From NCBI GenBank assembly GCA_000002435.2, contig CM018792.1: a DNA stretch of 64,000 nt. One strand, written 5' to 3'. Positions within the stretch are counted from its first letter, which is position 1, and each line of letters starts with the position of its first letter. The notes below the pieces were generated by a model. It was not told the origin of the DNA. It ran no database searches and saw nothing but the letters and a program-made list of their open reading frames with translations. Source of the DNA: Giardia intestinalis (Eukaryota). Below are positions 1-9,562 of this stretch, piece after piece. Both the position numbers and the translations under genes were made by a program.

Positions 1-3000
1 CAAAACGCATCCTCTTCCTCATATGATCTTCCCCTGTTGACCTCTGTTCCTGTGCCGGAAAGAATAATTCCACAGATATACCCATCCCAATCAGGTACCT
101 TTATCACAGTGCTTTCTGTGGTTGCTCTGAGCGTGGTGTCAACCACGTTTGCAGCTCGTGATAGAGGTAAAGGCCACTCTACCTTGCGCCTCCTGGGGGT
201 CTCTGAAGGCGTATACTGGTTTGTACGATGGATAAGCACTGTAGTGATGTCTTTTTTTTCCTCCGTAATTCTTGTCCTCACTTGCTACTGTTCTCACATC
301 TTGCCCCTTGCTGGCTTCACGGTAGGATTTTTGCTTCTGCTAGCATTTTTACTAACGCTCCACACTGCAGGTTTTTCTCTGTTTCTCTCTGCACTGTTGG
401 GTCGCAGTGGAATTATCATGCCTCTAGTAGCTTCCCTCTTGATTGGGATTCTTTGCGGGGCTGTGGTTACGGCGACCTTCCGACTCACATACAACACCGG
501 CAGTGTCCTTGACCCTACAATTATGCCTTCTCCTCTAACGTGGATCCTTTCTTTGCTGTTTCCTTCGTTCAATATTCAGCATATTTTTGACTTCATGATG
601 CTTGTTCTGGATGATTCCTTGCGTGGAAAATTCGTCTCAATAACCAGTTCGACGCGGAAAGATCCAGCATCACTCCTGGCCTGTGGTATGAAGTGTTACG
701 CGGACCCAGAATATGCCAATTCAGTCTACTTGGGCGAGCTTGTCGGAGCAAAACAGAGCGCACTAGATTCATCAGTTACTGGCTTCTCAGTCAGGACGTA
801 CACCGTGCCGTCTGCGGCTATTTTTTGCATGCTTCTAGCCATTCAGTGCATTGCTTACACATTACTAGCAGTAGTTCTGGGTTATTCTCTCTCTGAGCCC
901 ATGTATAGAGGCATAAATCTTATTAAAGTGCTTCATCAAGCGTTGCGCTACAAGAGGTACCGCAGAAAGCATATGAGAAGCGAGTCAAGCAATACATCAT
1001 CCGCTGTATCTGTGGCATGTCAGAATCTGCAAGTGGCATACGGTTTTGGGAGGCGTAAGCTTATTGCTGTCGATAACTTTACGTTCATTGCACGTAAAGG
1101 TTCGATCCTTGCGTTGCTGGGAACAAATGGGGCGGGGAAGTCATCGGTGATGGCTGTTTTCGCTGGAGAAAAGGCACCTACAAAGACGTCTGAGCCAGTG
1201 CTTGTTAATGACTATGATATGCGTTCTGACTATGAAGCACTTCTAGCACGGGGCTGTATTGGGAAATGCCCCCAGCACAATCAGAACGTTTTCGAATCCT
1301 TCACGGTCTTGGACAACATCTACCTTTGTGCACTTTATCGTGGAGCACTAGATACTACTCGCGCTTGTATGAAGCATAGCGAGCCTAAAATGGGTAGCGA
1401 GAACGTTATAAACTCATCATCCCCAGCAATACTTGACGATGAGATCCAAAGTCGCTTCGCTGGTACCAATGCCCGGCTGGAGCTCTTCTCTAACTATGCA
1501 GCCATGCTGAATCTTGACAGTTCGGCTCTCAGAAAGCGTGCAGAAGCCTTATCTGGAGGCATGAGACGGCGCCTCAGCCTTCTCAATGCCACGATTGGCC
1601 TCTGCGACGGGGTTGTGTTCATGGACGAGGTATCGACCGGCCTTGACCCACTGACATGTAGAAGCCTTCATGATTACATACGTTATGTGGCCAATCAGCA
1701 ACGAAATACAATCATTTTGACCACCCATAATATGGCAGATGTTGAGGCCTTGGCAAGTGGTGTAGTGTTAATGAAGCATGGGGTCACAGTTGCTCAGGGG
1801 ACTGTGGATGAGATTTGCTCCACGTTAGACTGCTATAACATTACCCTCTACGCCTCCAGTGTGACCTCTTCGCGGCCTGGGCCCGTCATCGCACATCCCT
1901 GCTTTCCCCAGCAATGCAAGGAGGTGTCTCACAAGGTAAGTGTCAAGATAACTGAGATTATACCAGATTCAGATTGCTCCTGTGTCGATCTTGTTCTGAA
2001 TTCACGAACGCTGTACACGTTCCGTCTCTCGGGAAAAGCCATGCCCTATCTTCCTTGTGTTTCTCAGTATCTGGATAGTATCCTCGGGTTCTTTGACGCG
2101 ATATCCTCTTTTAGCATTGAAACTGCCACTCTTGATGACACATTTGTGGAGCTTGCTGCTGATAAGGACGTCACGGAATACTCTAGCTCTGCTCCTGTTA
2201 CTCTTTACAAAAGCAATGCTAAGCATTTGCACCCTAGGGTCTCGTACAGTGGTGCCTCTGGTCGTGTGACTATTGATGACGTGAGAGAAGAAGACTCGAA
2301 GAACTTCCTTTCGACAAAATCATCGTTTTGGCGAACGGTCGCTGCGGGTCTTCTTCGCCTGTGTATTCTAGAGGTTCGCATGCTCAAGTTGGGATTTCTT
2401 CCCTCCATTGTGATTTTCTTTGTCGCTGCTATGGCTGTAGTTGCCGTCAGCAAGGGGTTGATTGTATCATTGAGTAGTTTTGCAGACTCATCCATGCAAA
2501 CACTTCTTGAGAAGCAAAAACTAGAAACACTGATGGAGTGTCTTTCTTGTTGTAACCCTCTTTATCGTGATACAGTGGTCTCTGGGCTTATTGCAGCCGG
2601 ACGGAGCGACCTAGCACAAAATGACACATATGTCGATGGAATCGTTTTCATTTCTTGTTCTGCTACACGGCCATCAGGATGCTTTTCGGACTCGACCGAT
2701 AGTTTCTATGTGCCATCATCATGCCAATCTTTCTTAATGTTGTATGGCTGGGATGTTATGAACCCACGCACCCGGACTACAGGTACCAGTGCGCTGTGGC
2801 CATACTTCACCAACAATGAAGTGCCTCATTATCTCATTGCTAGCAACGAGCCATTAGTGGAGGCAACGTTGCACGCATCTTCTCAGAACGCAGTCGTTGA
2901 GCTAAGCACTTATAATACGTTTTCACCTACATGCTTGGAGTTTCTTCAAATATGTGCCAATGGTTGCAAGGTTGCTGCTGCTCTTTTAGATTCAGAGTCC

Positions 3001-5682
3001 AGCGGGCTTTATAACACAACTCTCTGCCAAAAACTGTGTGATGAAATTGGTTATGGAATTGCACCAGCAAGCGGCTCGCAAAACCGCGACCATGCCAGCC
3101 CTTATACTGGCGTTTGTAGCTCAATGAAGACGTGCTCAGGGGTTGTACTCAATCAATCATTACATGCTGAGGATGTTTTTCTCCGAAACCTCCAGTTACA
3201 GAAAGAGAGCCTCAGGTTCAGCTACCTTGATCTCCAGGACCACTCCACTACTTCCCCATTGGCTGAGGAGAGAAACCGTGCATATTATATGCATCTTGCA
3301 CATGAAAAATACGCTCAGCAGAGCCCTTTTCTATTCTTCAACTGGACACCTGGTGGTCTTACAACTTATGGAATACTCCCCGATACGGCAGGTGGAGACT
3401 ACAGCTACAGCTCAATGGAGGCCCAGGTTCAATTGCCATATGGGCTGACTCAAAATATAAGTCTTTATCCCAAAGAGCTTGCTGGGCTCTACCCGGACAA
3501 TGCTAACTTTGTGCAACTAGCTAACGTAACAGAGCCTGTCGGTGATGAGTACCTTCGAATGCGGGGCTTCCAAAGCCAGAATGACTTTACGTCTTTGTTG
3601 TCCACGGCTTTCCCTGATCGCTATCTTACAGAACCCGTCAATGCTTATACGTCGATAGTCAGCCTAGTTCTGCATATGCGTTTCGAAACGCAAAGAATCA
3701 ACTCTATTAACAATGCCACAGAGTATGTCTTCAGGGATCAATCGGTTCCTTTCTTTTCCTCGACAGTCCAGGCGATGCCATACGTTGCGGACACACACAT
3801 CAATTTCTTCGGTGCTCAGCTCATTTCTTCTATTAGCTTTCTCCTTCTCCCTCCTGTTTTCATGGCGCCGATTCTTTATGTCTCAATAAGTATATTACGG
3901 GAACAAGAGAGCCAGATGGCTAAGATGCTCAAGCTTCATTCTATAAGCAAAGAACTGCAGGTTTTTACAATCATACTCTACTATCTAGTTGCATCTCTCC
4001 TCTCAGTCATCTTGGCCGTTGTAGTTGGTCTCATTCTCAACATTTCGTCCTTTAGAAAGACTGGAGGATACATGGCCAGCATGCTTATCGGCTTGAGCTA
4101 TTCGTCGGCCGTCGTTGGAGCATGGATTGCACGAATTCTCAGGGATCCAAAGGTTGCAGCATTTGTTGCTTGCTGTTTCATTCTTATCTGCTTCATGATC
4201 TCGGTCTTTCTCACAGATATTAATCCCATTTGCATTGTCATTAGCCCCCTCTACTTTCTCGTTTTCCTACAAAAGGGCACAATACTCACGAATCTATCCA
4301 CAAGCTGGCTGGACTTTGTGATTGGCTTTTTTATCACAACCACGCAATTGATCATTGTGCTTAACAAGGGTTGGCTTAGCTATGTAGATGGTATATCAGA
4401 GTCGTCTGTAGTAGATTCTGAATCAGAAGTCTTAGACTCCTCGACCGGCGTTGCTATTCGTACTCCTTTGGAAGGTGTGGGTGGTGAATCTACCCTGACC
4501 CAGCTGATCACAGATCCGTCTAAAATGGACAAGCCGTGTCCCAGTCTCTACGAGAGTCATTTGATGGATGCAGATGTTGCACTAGAAACGCTCTTTCAGG
4601 CACACAGCACAGACGAGATAAAGCTTCACGTCGCCAACCTTTCCCATCACTATGGGAAACAGCATGTTCTCAAACGGGTTGGACTAGACATACGTAACGG
4701 CGAGATCTCTGGACTCGTTGGGCTTTCTGGATCCGGAAAGACGACTCTGATCAACTGTCTTGCGGATATCGTGGTTCCCGATACTGGTACAGCCCTTCTG
4801 CGTCACGCTTCAGGAACAGCAGATTTGCTCTCAACCGGAAAGGCCTCTGGTTCTGATAAACTCCCTGCTCCCCTGTCTTTGATACCCCAAGACGATCTAC
4901 TATATCCGGGACTAACCATCATGGACCACTTACGACTCTTTGCGCCGCTTTATGGATATAAGCACAGCGGAATATATGTTAACGGACTCCTTACTACGCT
5001 ATCCCTCTTCGCACACCGGCACAAGCGCATTCGCGAGCTATCTGGCGGTATGCGCAGACGAGCGAGCTTAATCATTGCGCTTCTCGGCTGTCGACATATT
5101 CTCTGCCTGGACGAATTTACTACGGGGCTCTCCGTTAACATCAAGCGAGCCGTATGGCAATCTGTGCTGGCAGTCATCACCGACATGCAGCTATCGGTTA
5201 TCTTGACCTCTCATGACATGCATGAGCTAGAATTCTTTTGCATGAACGTGTCTGTCTTGCATAGGGGAAGCATGGTGTATTCTGGGGAAACCCGTAAGTT
5301 GGGCTACAATTCTAAAAATGATGTCAGGAAGCACTCCACTCCTGCTTCCCAGTGTATTGTTCAACTACGATGTACAGAGGAGGAAGCACCACGACTCTTG
5401 CATCTCTTTTTCCAGCAGTTCGAGAGCAGTGTCCGTGGAACCAGCATGTCTAAGAAAGAGCACTCGATGGATAAAGAAGAGGCTGTTCTTCTTTGCATTC
5501 GCGTTTCTCTTACAAGCGCATTGTCACTAACAGATGTGCTTAGCGTTTTATGCACAACCCTGTCTTCCTACAAGTGGCTCATTGGGTTCTCTAAGCTGGA
5601 AGACAGCTTTCTACACACAGTGTCTGCGGACGCAATCGATGTGCCGGCAGTGAAACAGATCTGCAGTACAGAACAACACTGA
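1..5682 (+). CDS. Full-size ABC transporter of ABCA type with TMD-NBD-TMD-NBD topology, 5'-partial. The ORF is open to the left window edge; the track start at 37 is a TTG.
   Basis: Two nucleotide-binding domains are visible. NBD1 has Walker A LLGTNGAGKSS, signature LSGGMRRRLSLL and Walker B VVFMDEVSTGLDP. NBD2 has Walker A GLSGSGKTTLIN, signature LSGGMRRRASLI and Walker B ILCLDEFTTGLS. Each NBD follows a block of about six hydrophobic helices. There is no in-frame stop between positions 1 and 37. Confidence 0.85.
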   Translation, partial: QNASSSSYDLPLLTSVPVPERIIPQIYPSQSGTFITVLSVVALSVVSTTFAARDRGKGHSTLRLLGVSEGVYWFVRWISTVVMSFFSSVILVLTCYCSHILPLAGFTVGFLLLLAFLLTLHTAGFSLFLSALLGRSGIIMPLVASLLIGILCGAVVTATFRLTYNTGSVLDPTIMPSPLTWILSLLFPSFNIQHIFDFMMLVLDDSLRGKFVSITSSTRKDPASLLACGMKCYADPEYANSVYLGELVGAKQSALDSSVTGFSVRTYTVPSAAIFCMLLAIQCIAYTLLAVVLGYSLSEPMYRGINLIKVLHQALRYKRYRRKHMRSESSNTSSAVSVACQNLQVAYGFGRRKLIAVDNFTFIARKGSILALLGTNGAGKSSVMAVFAGEKAPTKTSEPVLVNDYDMRSDYEALLARGCIGKCPQHNQNVFESFTVLDNIYLCALYRGALDTTRACMKHSEPKMGSENVINSSSPAILDDEIQSRFAGTNARLELFSNYAAMLNLDSSALRKRAEALSGGMRRRLSLLNATIGLCDGVVFMDEVSTGLDPLTCRSLHDYIRYVANQQRNTIILTTHNMADVEALASGVVLMKHGVTVAQGTVDEICSTLDCYNITLYASSVTSSRPGPVIAHPCFPQQCKEVSHKVSVKITEIIPDSDCSCVDLVLNSRTLYTFRLSGKAMPYLPCVSQYLDSILGFFDAISSFSIETATLDDTFVELAADKDVTEYSSSAPVTLYKSNAKHLHPRVSYSGASGRVTIDDVREEDSKNFLSTKSSFWRTVAAGLLRLCILEVRMLKLGFLPSIVIFFVAAMAVVAVSKGLIVSLSSFADSSMQTLLEKQKLETLMECLSCCNPLYRDTVVSGLIAAGRSDLAQNDTYVDGIVFISCSATRPSGCFSDSTDSFYVPSSCQSFLMLYGWDVMNPRTRTTGTSALWPYFTNNEVPHYLIASNEPLVEATLHASSQNAVVELSTYNTFSPTCLEFLQICANGCKVAAALLDSESSGLYNTTLCQKLCDEIGYGIAPASGSQNRDHASPYTGVCSSMKTCSGVVLNQSLHAEDVFLRNLQLQKESLRFSYLDLQDHSTTSPLAEERNRAYYMHLAHEKYAQQSPFLFFNWTPGGLTTYGILPDTAGGDYSYSSMEAQVQLPYGLTQNISLYPKELAGLYPDNANFVQLANVTEPVGDEYLRMRGFQSQNDFTSLLSTAFPDRYLTEPVNAYTSIVSLVLHMRFETQRINSINNATEYVFRDQSVPFFSSTVQAMPYVADTHINFFGAQLISSISFLLLPPVFMAPILYVSISILREQESQMAKMLKLHSISKELQVFTIILYYLVASLLSVILAVVVGLILNISSFRKTGGYMASMLIGLSYSSAVVGAWIARILRDPKVAAFVACCFILICFMISVFLTDINPICIVISPLYFLVFLQKGTILTNLSTSWLDFVIGFFITTTQLIIVLNKGWLSYVDGISESSVVDSESEVLDSSTGVAIRTPLEGVGGESTLTQLITDPSKMDKPCPSLYESHLMDADVALETLFQAHSTDEIKLHVANLSHHYGKQHVLKRVGLDIRNGEISGLVGLSGSGKTTLINCLADIVVPDTGTALLRHASGTADLLSTGKASGSDKLPAPLSLIPQDDLLYPGLTIMDHLRLFAPLYGYKHSGIYVNGLLTTLSLFAHRHKRIRELSGGMRRRASLIIALLGCRHILCLDEFTTGLSVNIKRAVWQSVLAVITDMQLSVILTSHDMHELEFFCMNVSVLHRGSMVYSGETRKLGYNSKNDVRKHSTPASQCIVQLRCTEEEAPRLLHLFFQQFESSVRGTSMSKKEHSMDKEEAVLLCIRVSLTSALSLTDVLSVLCTTLSSYKWLIGFSKLEDSFLHTVSADAIDVPAVKQICSTEQH

Positions 5683-5684
5683 GT

Positions 5685-8600
5685 CTAAACAAACACCGGA
5701 GGCACCTTAGTCACTCCCTTTTTGTCTTGCCATGCTGGAGACACCAAGACCTTGTCACTATCAGTTGAGCTCCTTTCATAGCCTTCGTAAAACTCCTTGT
5801 TAGAGTCTGGAACAATGTGTAGCTGGTGAACAAATAGATGCATGTACTGAAGGCACGATAGCCAGATGACATCCATGTACTCATAGGAGGACGGGACGTT
5901 CAGAGCTTGACTGGCGTAGCTTGTGTTGCGAGTAAACACACGCGGAAACACTGTGAAAAACAGGGGCTTCATGAGCTTAATTATGTACAGTTCCAGCTTC
6001 TTGCTCCACTTCATGAGGATTTGAGAGTACGCTATTTCTAGAAACTGTATCATCTTTTCGGCCGGTATCTGCTTTATAAATGGATTGGCTCTCAGAAAAC
6101 GCAGGACGATGGGATTTACCAGCCCGCTTGTTACAATCTTCTCGTGTATCGTATCGATACCATCCTCACAGAGAAGCTCAGTAAGACAGTTGGTCTCACG
6201 CACGAAGATATTCTCGAGAGACAGCGGTTCCTCGTCCTCATCTACTACGCTGTTTTTTCGACAGACACTCGCGGTACTTACAGACTGCTGCATAATAGAG
6301 AGAAACGAGTAGCCATCAATATCAAGATTCAGGCCTGCAGTGTTGTCAAATAGGATGTCGAAGATGTTCAACTTGAAAAACTGTGTGATGAAGTCCACAA
6401 CGCTGATAAACATGGTTAAGAGAGTAGGGTAGTCATCACGGGTCAGCGTTCGGTAGTTGTCTGGACGTGTACTGAAGGCGTGCAATGTATCGTTGTTAAC
6501 AAATGCCTGGGGGACTTTCTCTGCAGACATGTAGCATCCAGAGTTTAGTAAAGAAAAGAGTGTGGACAAGTATGTGCTTGTCTTTTGAAGTGATGGAATA
6601 GACGGAGAGGCGATTATGGGCCCCGAAAAGGAAAAGGTCTTGATAAAATGGTCTAGTGAGGTATTGAAGCTTGCCATGTTTGGCACCTGTGGCTGTCTGG
6701 GTACTTTGGCTTTAGTGGTACGAGGAGACAGTGACACCGGGAGGCTAGCAGAAAGATCCCCGCACGACGAGCTGGGTTTGAGAGACGACGGGGCTCGTGG
6801 AGGCTGTGCATGTATTGCTGCTGATTTGGGCCTAGGAGGTAAGGGCGGCATACTAGACGTCATGGGATTCCGAGCGGGGAGCGGCGAGACCCCACTTGGA
6901 GCTGGGATGCTATCAGAAAGAATAGATGTCTTTGGCTGCGCTTGTCGACTAAGAGCACTGGTCAGCATCTTCCTTATCTCGTCACGAACACTTTTAATTT
7001 CATCCACCGCATCTGTGCGATCTCTTGAAGCACCGTCGATGAAAGAGTCACAAATCCTCAGCTCTTTGAGCTCGCGTATCTCCTTGAGCTCGCGTGAATC
7101 CTGGATTCGGCGAATCTTTGGCGGCTCTGCTGGATCAGCTGGATCATAGAGTCCATCTGTAGGAACAAATGCAGCTGGTATCCCACTCAGCGGATCTACT
7201 CCCAGACCTTCTGTTGCGCAGAGAGCTTCCACCATCGACTCTAGACGTGCAAACCGCAAATCAAAGTACTCATATGCATGCCGATAGGTCGATAGTTCCT
7301 GTAGTATGACCGTTTCAACATATGTTTGGCGCTCCAGAAGGTTGTGCAGGGTTGTGGAGATATCGGTGATTGCTGAGCCGAGACCCTGGCTGAGACCAAG
7401 GTGCTGCACAGATGCATTCAGACTATCTGTATCAATGGACCGTTTTAACTGGTGGATGGTCAGTGATTTCTGCTGGTCATTCTGTGGAGTTTGAATCCGA
7501 CCTATGCTTTCAGAAAGTATGTGTTCATTCACGGTGTGACTATCGCAGTAAGAAATCTGCATCTGAGGTGGCATCTGTAGGTCCGACCCTGTAATGCTCG
7601 GCACAGTCCCTGCCAACGCGACATTTGTGCTGATAGATATACCAAGACTGTCATCCCCTGGAGGCACAGATGCCTGGGAATCAAGCTCTAGGGCGACAGA
7701 CGGTCTCAGCGTGGATGCTGTACCTTCTAGAGGCGTGATAGCTGGAAGAACGTCGCTTGCAAGGGTGTCAACACTCCCAGTGGCTATGACATTAGATGAA
7801 TCTATATCTGCTGCCAACTGGAGATGAGGCTCAAAGTCTAGGGTACGCACCCGCTCCTTAAACACACTAATATCTGGGCCCTCGGTGTTTGCCAAGAAGC
7901 TCTGAACGGTAATGGCAGAAGCGTCCATATCGACCTCTGATAGACCAGAGATAAGCTCTGCCACGGGCAGGTCCTTGTAGATTTCGTATCTAGTGAAATC
8001 GGAAAAGACGACTTCGTTTCTGCTGAAGAAGTACGGCATGCCTCTCCTCTTGCTATTGTTGAAGAGCACATTGTTTATCCGTGCGCTCAGATCCTTAACG
8101 AGATATTTGCTATATTTGTAATTGCGACAATCTAGGTCAATTATGTAATTATTAAAAATAAATCTTATAAGAATAGGCATTTCTCTTAGACTTCCCTTGT
8201 ATGGAGACGTTCCTGTCAAGCTGGACCTGTCAACGGCTGTTGAATAGATGAGTGTCAATGGTACCTTGGTGGAGAAGGAAAACTTAGGGATAAGGGTGTA
8301 CTCCCCGAGTATCTTTTCAAGAAGAAACACGGTGTGAACTTCAGCTAAGCCACTGAGAGCTTCAGAGGGATCTGCGGTGTCTTCATTCAAGCAGACCTTA
8401 TATTTCACTGTTTGAATTAAATAGATGCATTCGTTGCATGCCAGGAGTTTTGCAGAAATAGGCGCGTCGGTGAGCTTCATGTTTTTCGGTATAACAAAGC
8501 CTTGTGCGTGCAGGCTGCCAGTGGAAACAGCCTGCACGTTACTTAGCATCGGCTTCCGGTCTTTGCCAAATTTCCACTCAAAAATAGTGAGCTTTGAGTC

Positions 8601-8915
8601 TGCGTTTAGAACACCGACGAGATGATTCGTGTGGCAGGCATCTAACCACTGTTCATTGAAGCGAGGAACAGCGAGCTCGCGGACAATAATAGAGTCCAGA
8701 GGCTCCTCCATTCTGCATGTGATCAGATAGAGACGTTGCTGCCTCTTATCGACTATGAAAACCATGGTCAATCCGTGAGACACTAAAACGTCGTTGATGG
8801 AGATCCGGACTTCGTTCTCAAAGGAGTAGTTGAAGATACCGGGTGCTCGGGTCTTCAGACGCAGGACGCCTAAGTGCTCCTTGACAACCAGGATCTCATT
8901 CCTTAAAACAAACAT
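5685..8915 (-). CDS. Hypothetical protein of about 1,076 aa with a central Pro/Ser-rich segment (PPLPPRPK...). No family could be assigned by eye.
   Basis: Long uninterrupted ORF. The first track 'M' at 8930 is a TTG. The first ATG is at 8913-8915 in the context caagacaATG. Confidence 0.5.
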   Translation of the reverse strand: MFVLRNEILVVKEHLGVLRLKTRAPGIFNYSFENEVRISINDVLVSHGLTMVFIVDKRQQRLYLITCRMEEPLDSIIVRELAVPRFNEQWLDACHTNHLVGVLNADSKLTIFEWKFGKDRKPMLSNVQAVSTGSLHAQGFVIPKNMKLTDAPISAKLLACNECIYLIQTVKYKVCLNEDTADPSEALSGLAEVHTVFLLEKILGEYTLIPKFSFSTKVPLTLIYSTAVDRSSLTGTSPYKGSLREMPILIRFIFNNYIIDLDCRNYKYSKYLVKDLSARINNVLFNNSKRRGMPYFFSRNEVVFSDFTRYEIYKDLPVAELISGLSEVDMDASAITVQSFLANTEGPDISVFKERVRTLDFEPHLQLAADIDSSNVIATGSVDTLASDVLPAITPLEGTASTLRPSVALELDSQASVPPGDDSLGISISTNVALAGTVPSITGSDLQMPPQMQISYCDSHTVNEHILSESIGRIQTPQNDQQKSLTIHQLKRSIDTDSLNASVQHLGLSQGLGSAITDISTTLHNLLERQTYVETVILQELSTYRHAYEYFDLRFARLESMVEALCATEGLGVDPLSGIPAAFVPTDGLYDPADPAEPPKIRRIQDSRELKEIRELKELRICDSFIDGASRDRTDAVDEIKSVRDEIRKMLTSALSRQAQPKTSILSDSIPAPSGVSPLPARNPMTSSMPPLPPRPKSAAIHAQPPRAPSSLKPSSSCGDLSASLPVSLSPRTTKAKVPRQPQVPNMASFNTSLDHFIKTFSFSGPIIASPSIPSLQKTSTYLSTLFSLLNSGCYMSAEKVPQAFVNNDTLHAFSTRPDNYRTLTRDDYPTLLTMFISVVDFITQFFKLNIFDILFDNTAGLNLDIDGYSFLSIMQQSVSTASVCRKNSVVDEDEEPLSLENIFVRETNCLTELLCEDGIDTIHEKIVTSGLVNPIVLRFLRANPFIKQIPAEKMIQFLEIAYSQILMKWSKKLELYIIKLMKPLFFTVFPRVFTRNTSYASQALNVPSSYEYMDVIWLSCLQYMHLFVHQLHIVPDSNKEFYEGYERSSTDSDKVLVSPAWQDKKGVTKVPPVFV

Positions 8916-8965
8916 TGTCTTGAAATTCAATGTTCCAATTTTTTGAATTTATTCTTTCTATGAGG

Positions 8966-9529
8966 CTATGGCTTGGTGAACGATATGTGAAATGTGATGT
9001 TTGGGTTTGGTTCATCAAGCACATTGTACGCCAAGATCTTGGTCCTGAAGCCACAGCAAGTCAAAAAGCCTTCAACGAGCCCCGCCACGAACATAGAGGG
9101 AAGCGCCCCGCCGTAGTTGGGGGGATAGGACGTATAGTATTCCAAAACTGGCCACTCGTCGACAAGGTAGTACTCCAAATCCTCTGTTGCTGGCTTTTTA
9201 ATGTCTGCTGCCGGCTTCCCAAAAAGAATGGGCCACACGGTCTCCTTAAGATAGTAAAGAACCGTGTCCGGTCGTGTAAGCTTGCAAACGGTGTCCTGGG
9301 TCTTTGAGCGCATTCTGTCCAGCATGCGGACGTATGTCCAGAGTGGGCGCCCAGCATCTACGCCAAGCTTGGACATCTTGTTCTCTATCTCCTCCACGGT
9401 TTTGCAGGTCCGCTGCGCATATTGAAAGTACTCGTTTAGTAGACACACCATAGAGGACAGCGGAACCGTTGCAGGGGACTCTGCAACTCCCTGCTCCAAT
9501 GCCCGCGTGAAGGTGTCTTGGAGAGCCAT
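8966..9529 (-). CDS. TRAPP complex subunit of the Bet3 fold family, closest to TRAPPC5/Trs31.
   Basis: 187 aa. Several segments align with Bet3-family landmarks: W..LFGKPA, EYYLVDEWPVL and C-terminal FVAGLVEGFLTCCGFRTKILAY (compare TRAPPC5 FTAGIVEAVLTHSGFPAKVTAH). ATG at 9527-9529 with a ggtaaaaatacATG context. Confidence 0.65.
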   Translation of the reverse strand: MALQDTFTRALEQGVAESPATVPLSSMVCLLNEYFQYAQRTCKTVEEIENKMSKLGVDAGRPLWTYVRMLDRMRSKTQDTVCKLTRPDTVLYYLKETVWPILFGKPAADIKKPATEDLEYYLVDEWPVLEYYTSYPPNYGGALPSMFVAGLVEGFLTCCGFRTKILAYNVLDEPNPNITFHISFTKP

Positions 9530-9562
9530 GTATTTTTACCGGGTTGGAGTTGGATTGAAGAG

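Noticed and set aside
1288-1302. tRNA T-loop-like sequence gttttcgaatcc.
   Set aside because: It is inside the ABC-transporter CDS, where it encodes NVFESF. There is no flanking acceptor or anticodon stem complementarity, and it lacks the GGTTCGAATCC form. I did not call it as a tRNA.
6616-7149. 177-aa ORF on the plus strand, antisense to the 1,076-aa minus-strand gene.
   Set aside because: It lies entirely inside a longer coherent ORF on the other strand and is rich in Gly, Ala and Arg. It is typical of antisense ORFs of GC-rich codons and no motifs support it.
5685-8915. A formin (FH1 poly-Pro plus FH2) interpretation of the proline-rich hypothetical protein.
   Set aside because: A PPLPPRP stretch is present, but the following ~350 residues show none of the FH2 landmarks I know (no GN-x-MN, no FGF-x-L-x-x-L...TLLHYL-like block). 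The evidence is too weak to make the call.
8916-8930. ORF-track start codons that are TTG or GTG rather than ATG. The sites are 8930, 11083, 20076, 26185, 34871, 41824, 56948, 60671 and 28971.
   Set aside because: Each has an in-frame ATG a few codons downstream, usually in an A-rich initiator-like context. The upstream extensions often run into the neighbouring gene. I moved the starts to the first ATG, except at 28971, where the ambiguity is reported as a finding.
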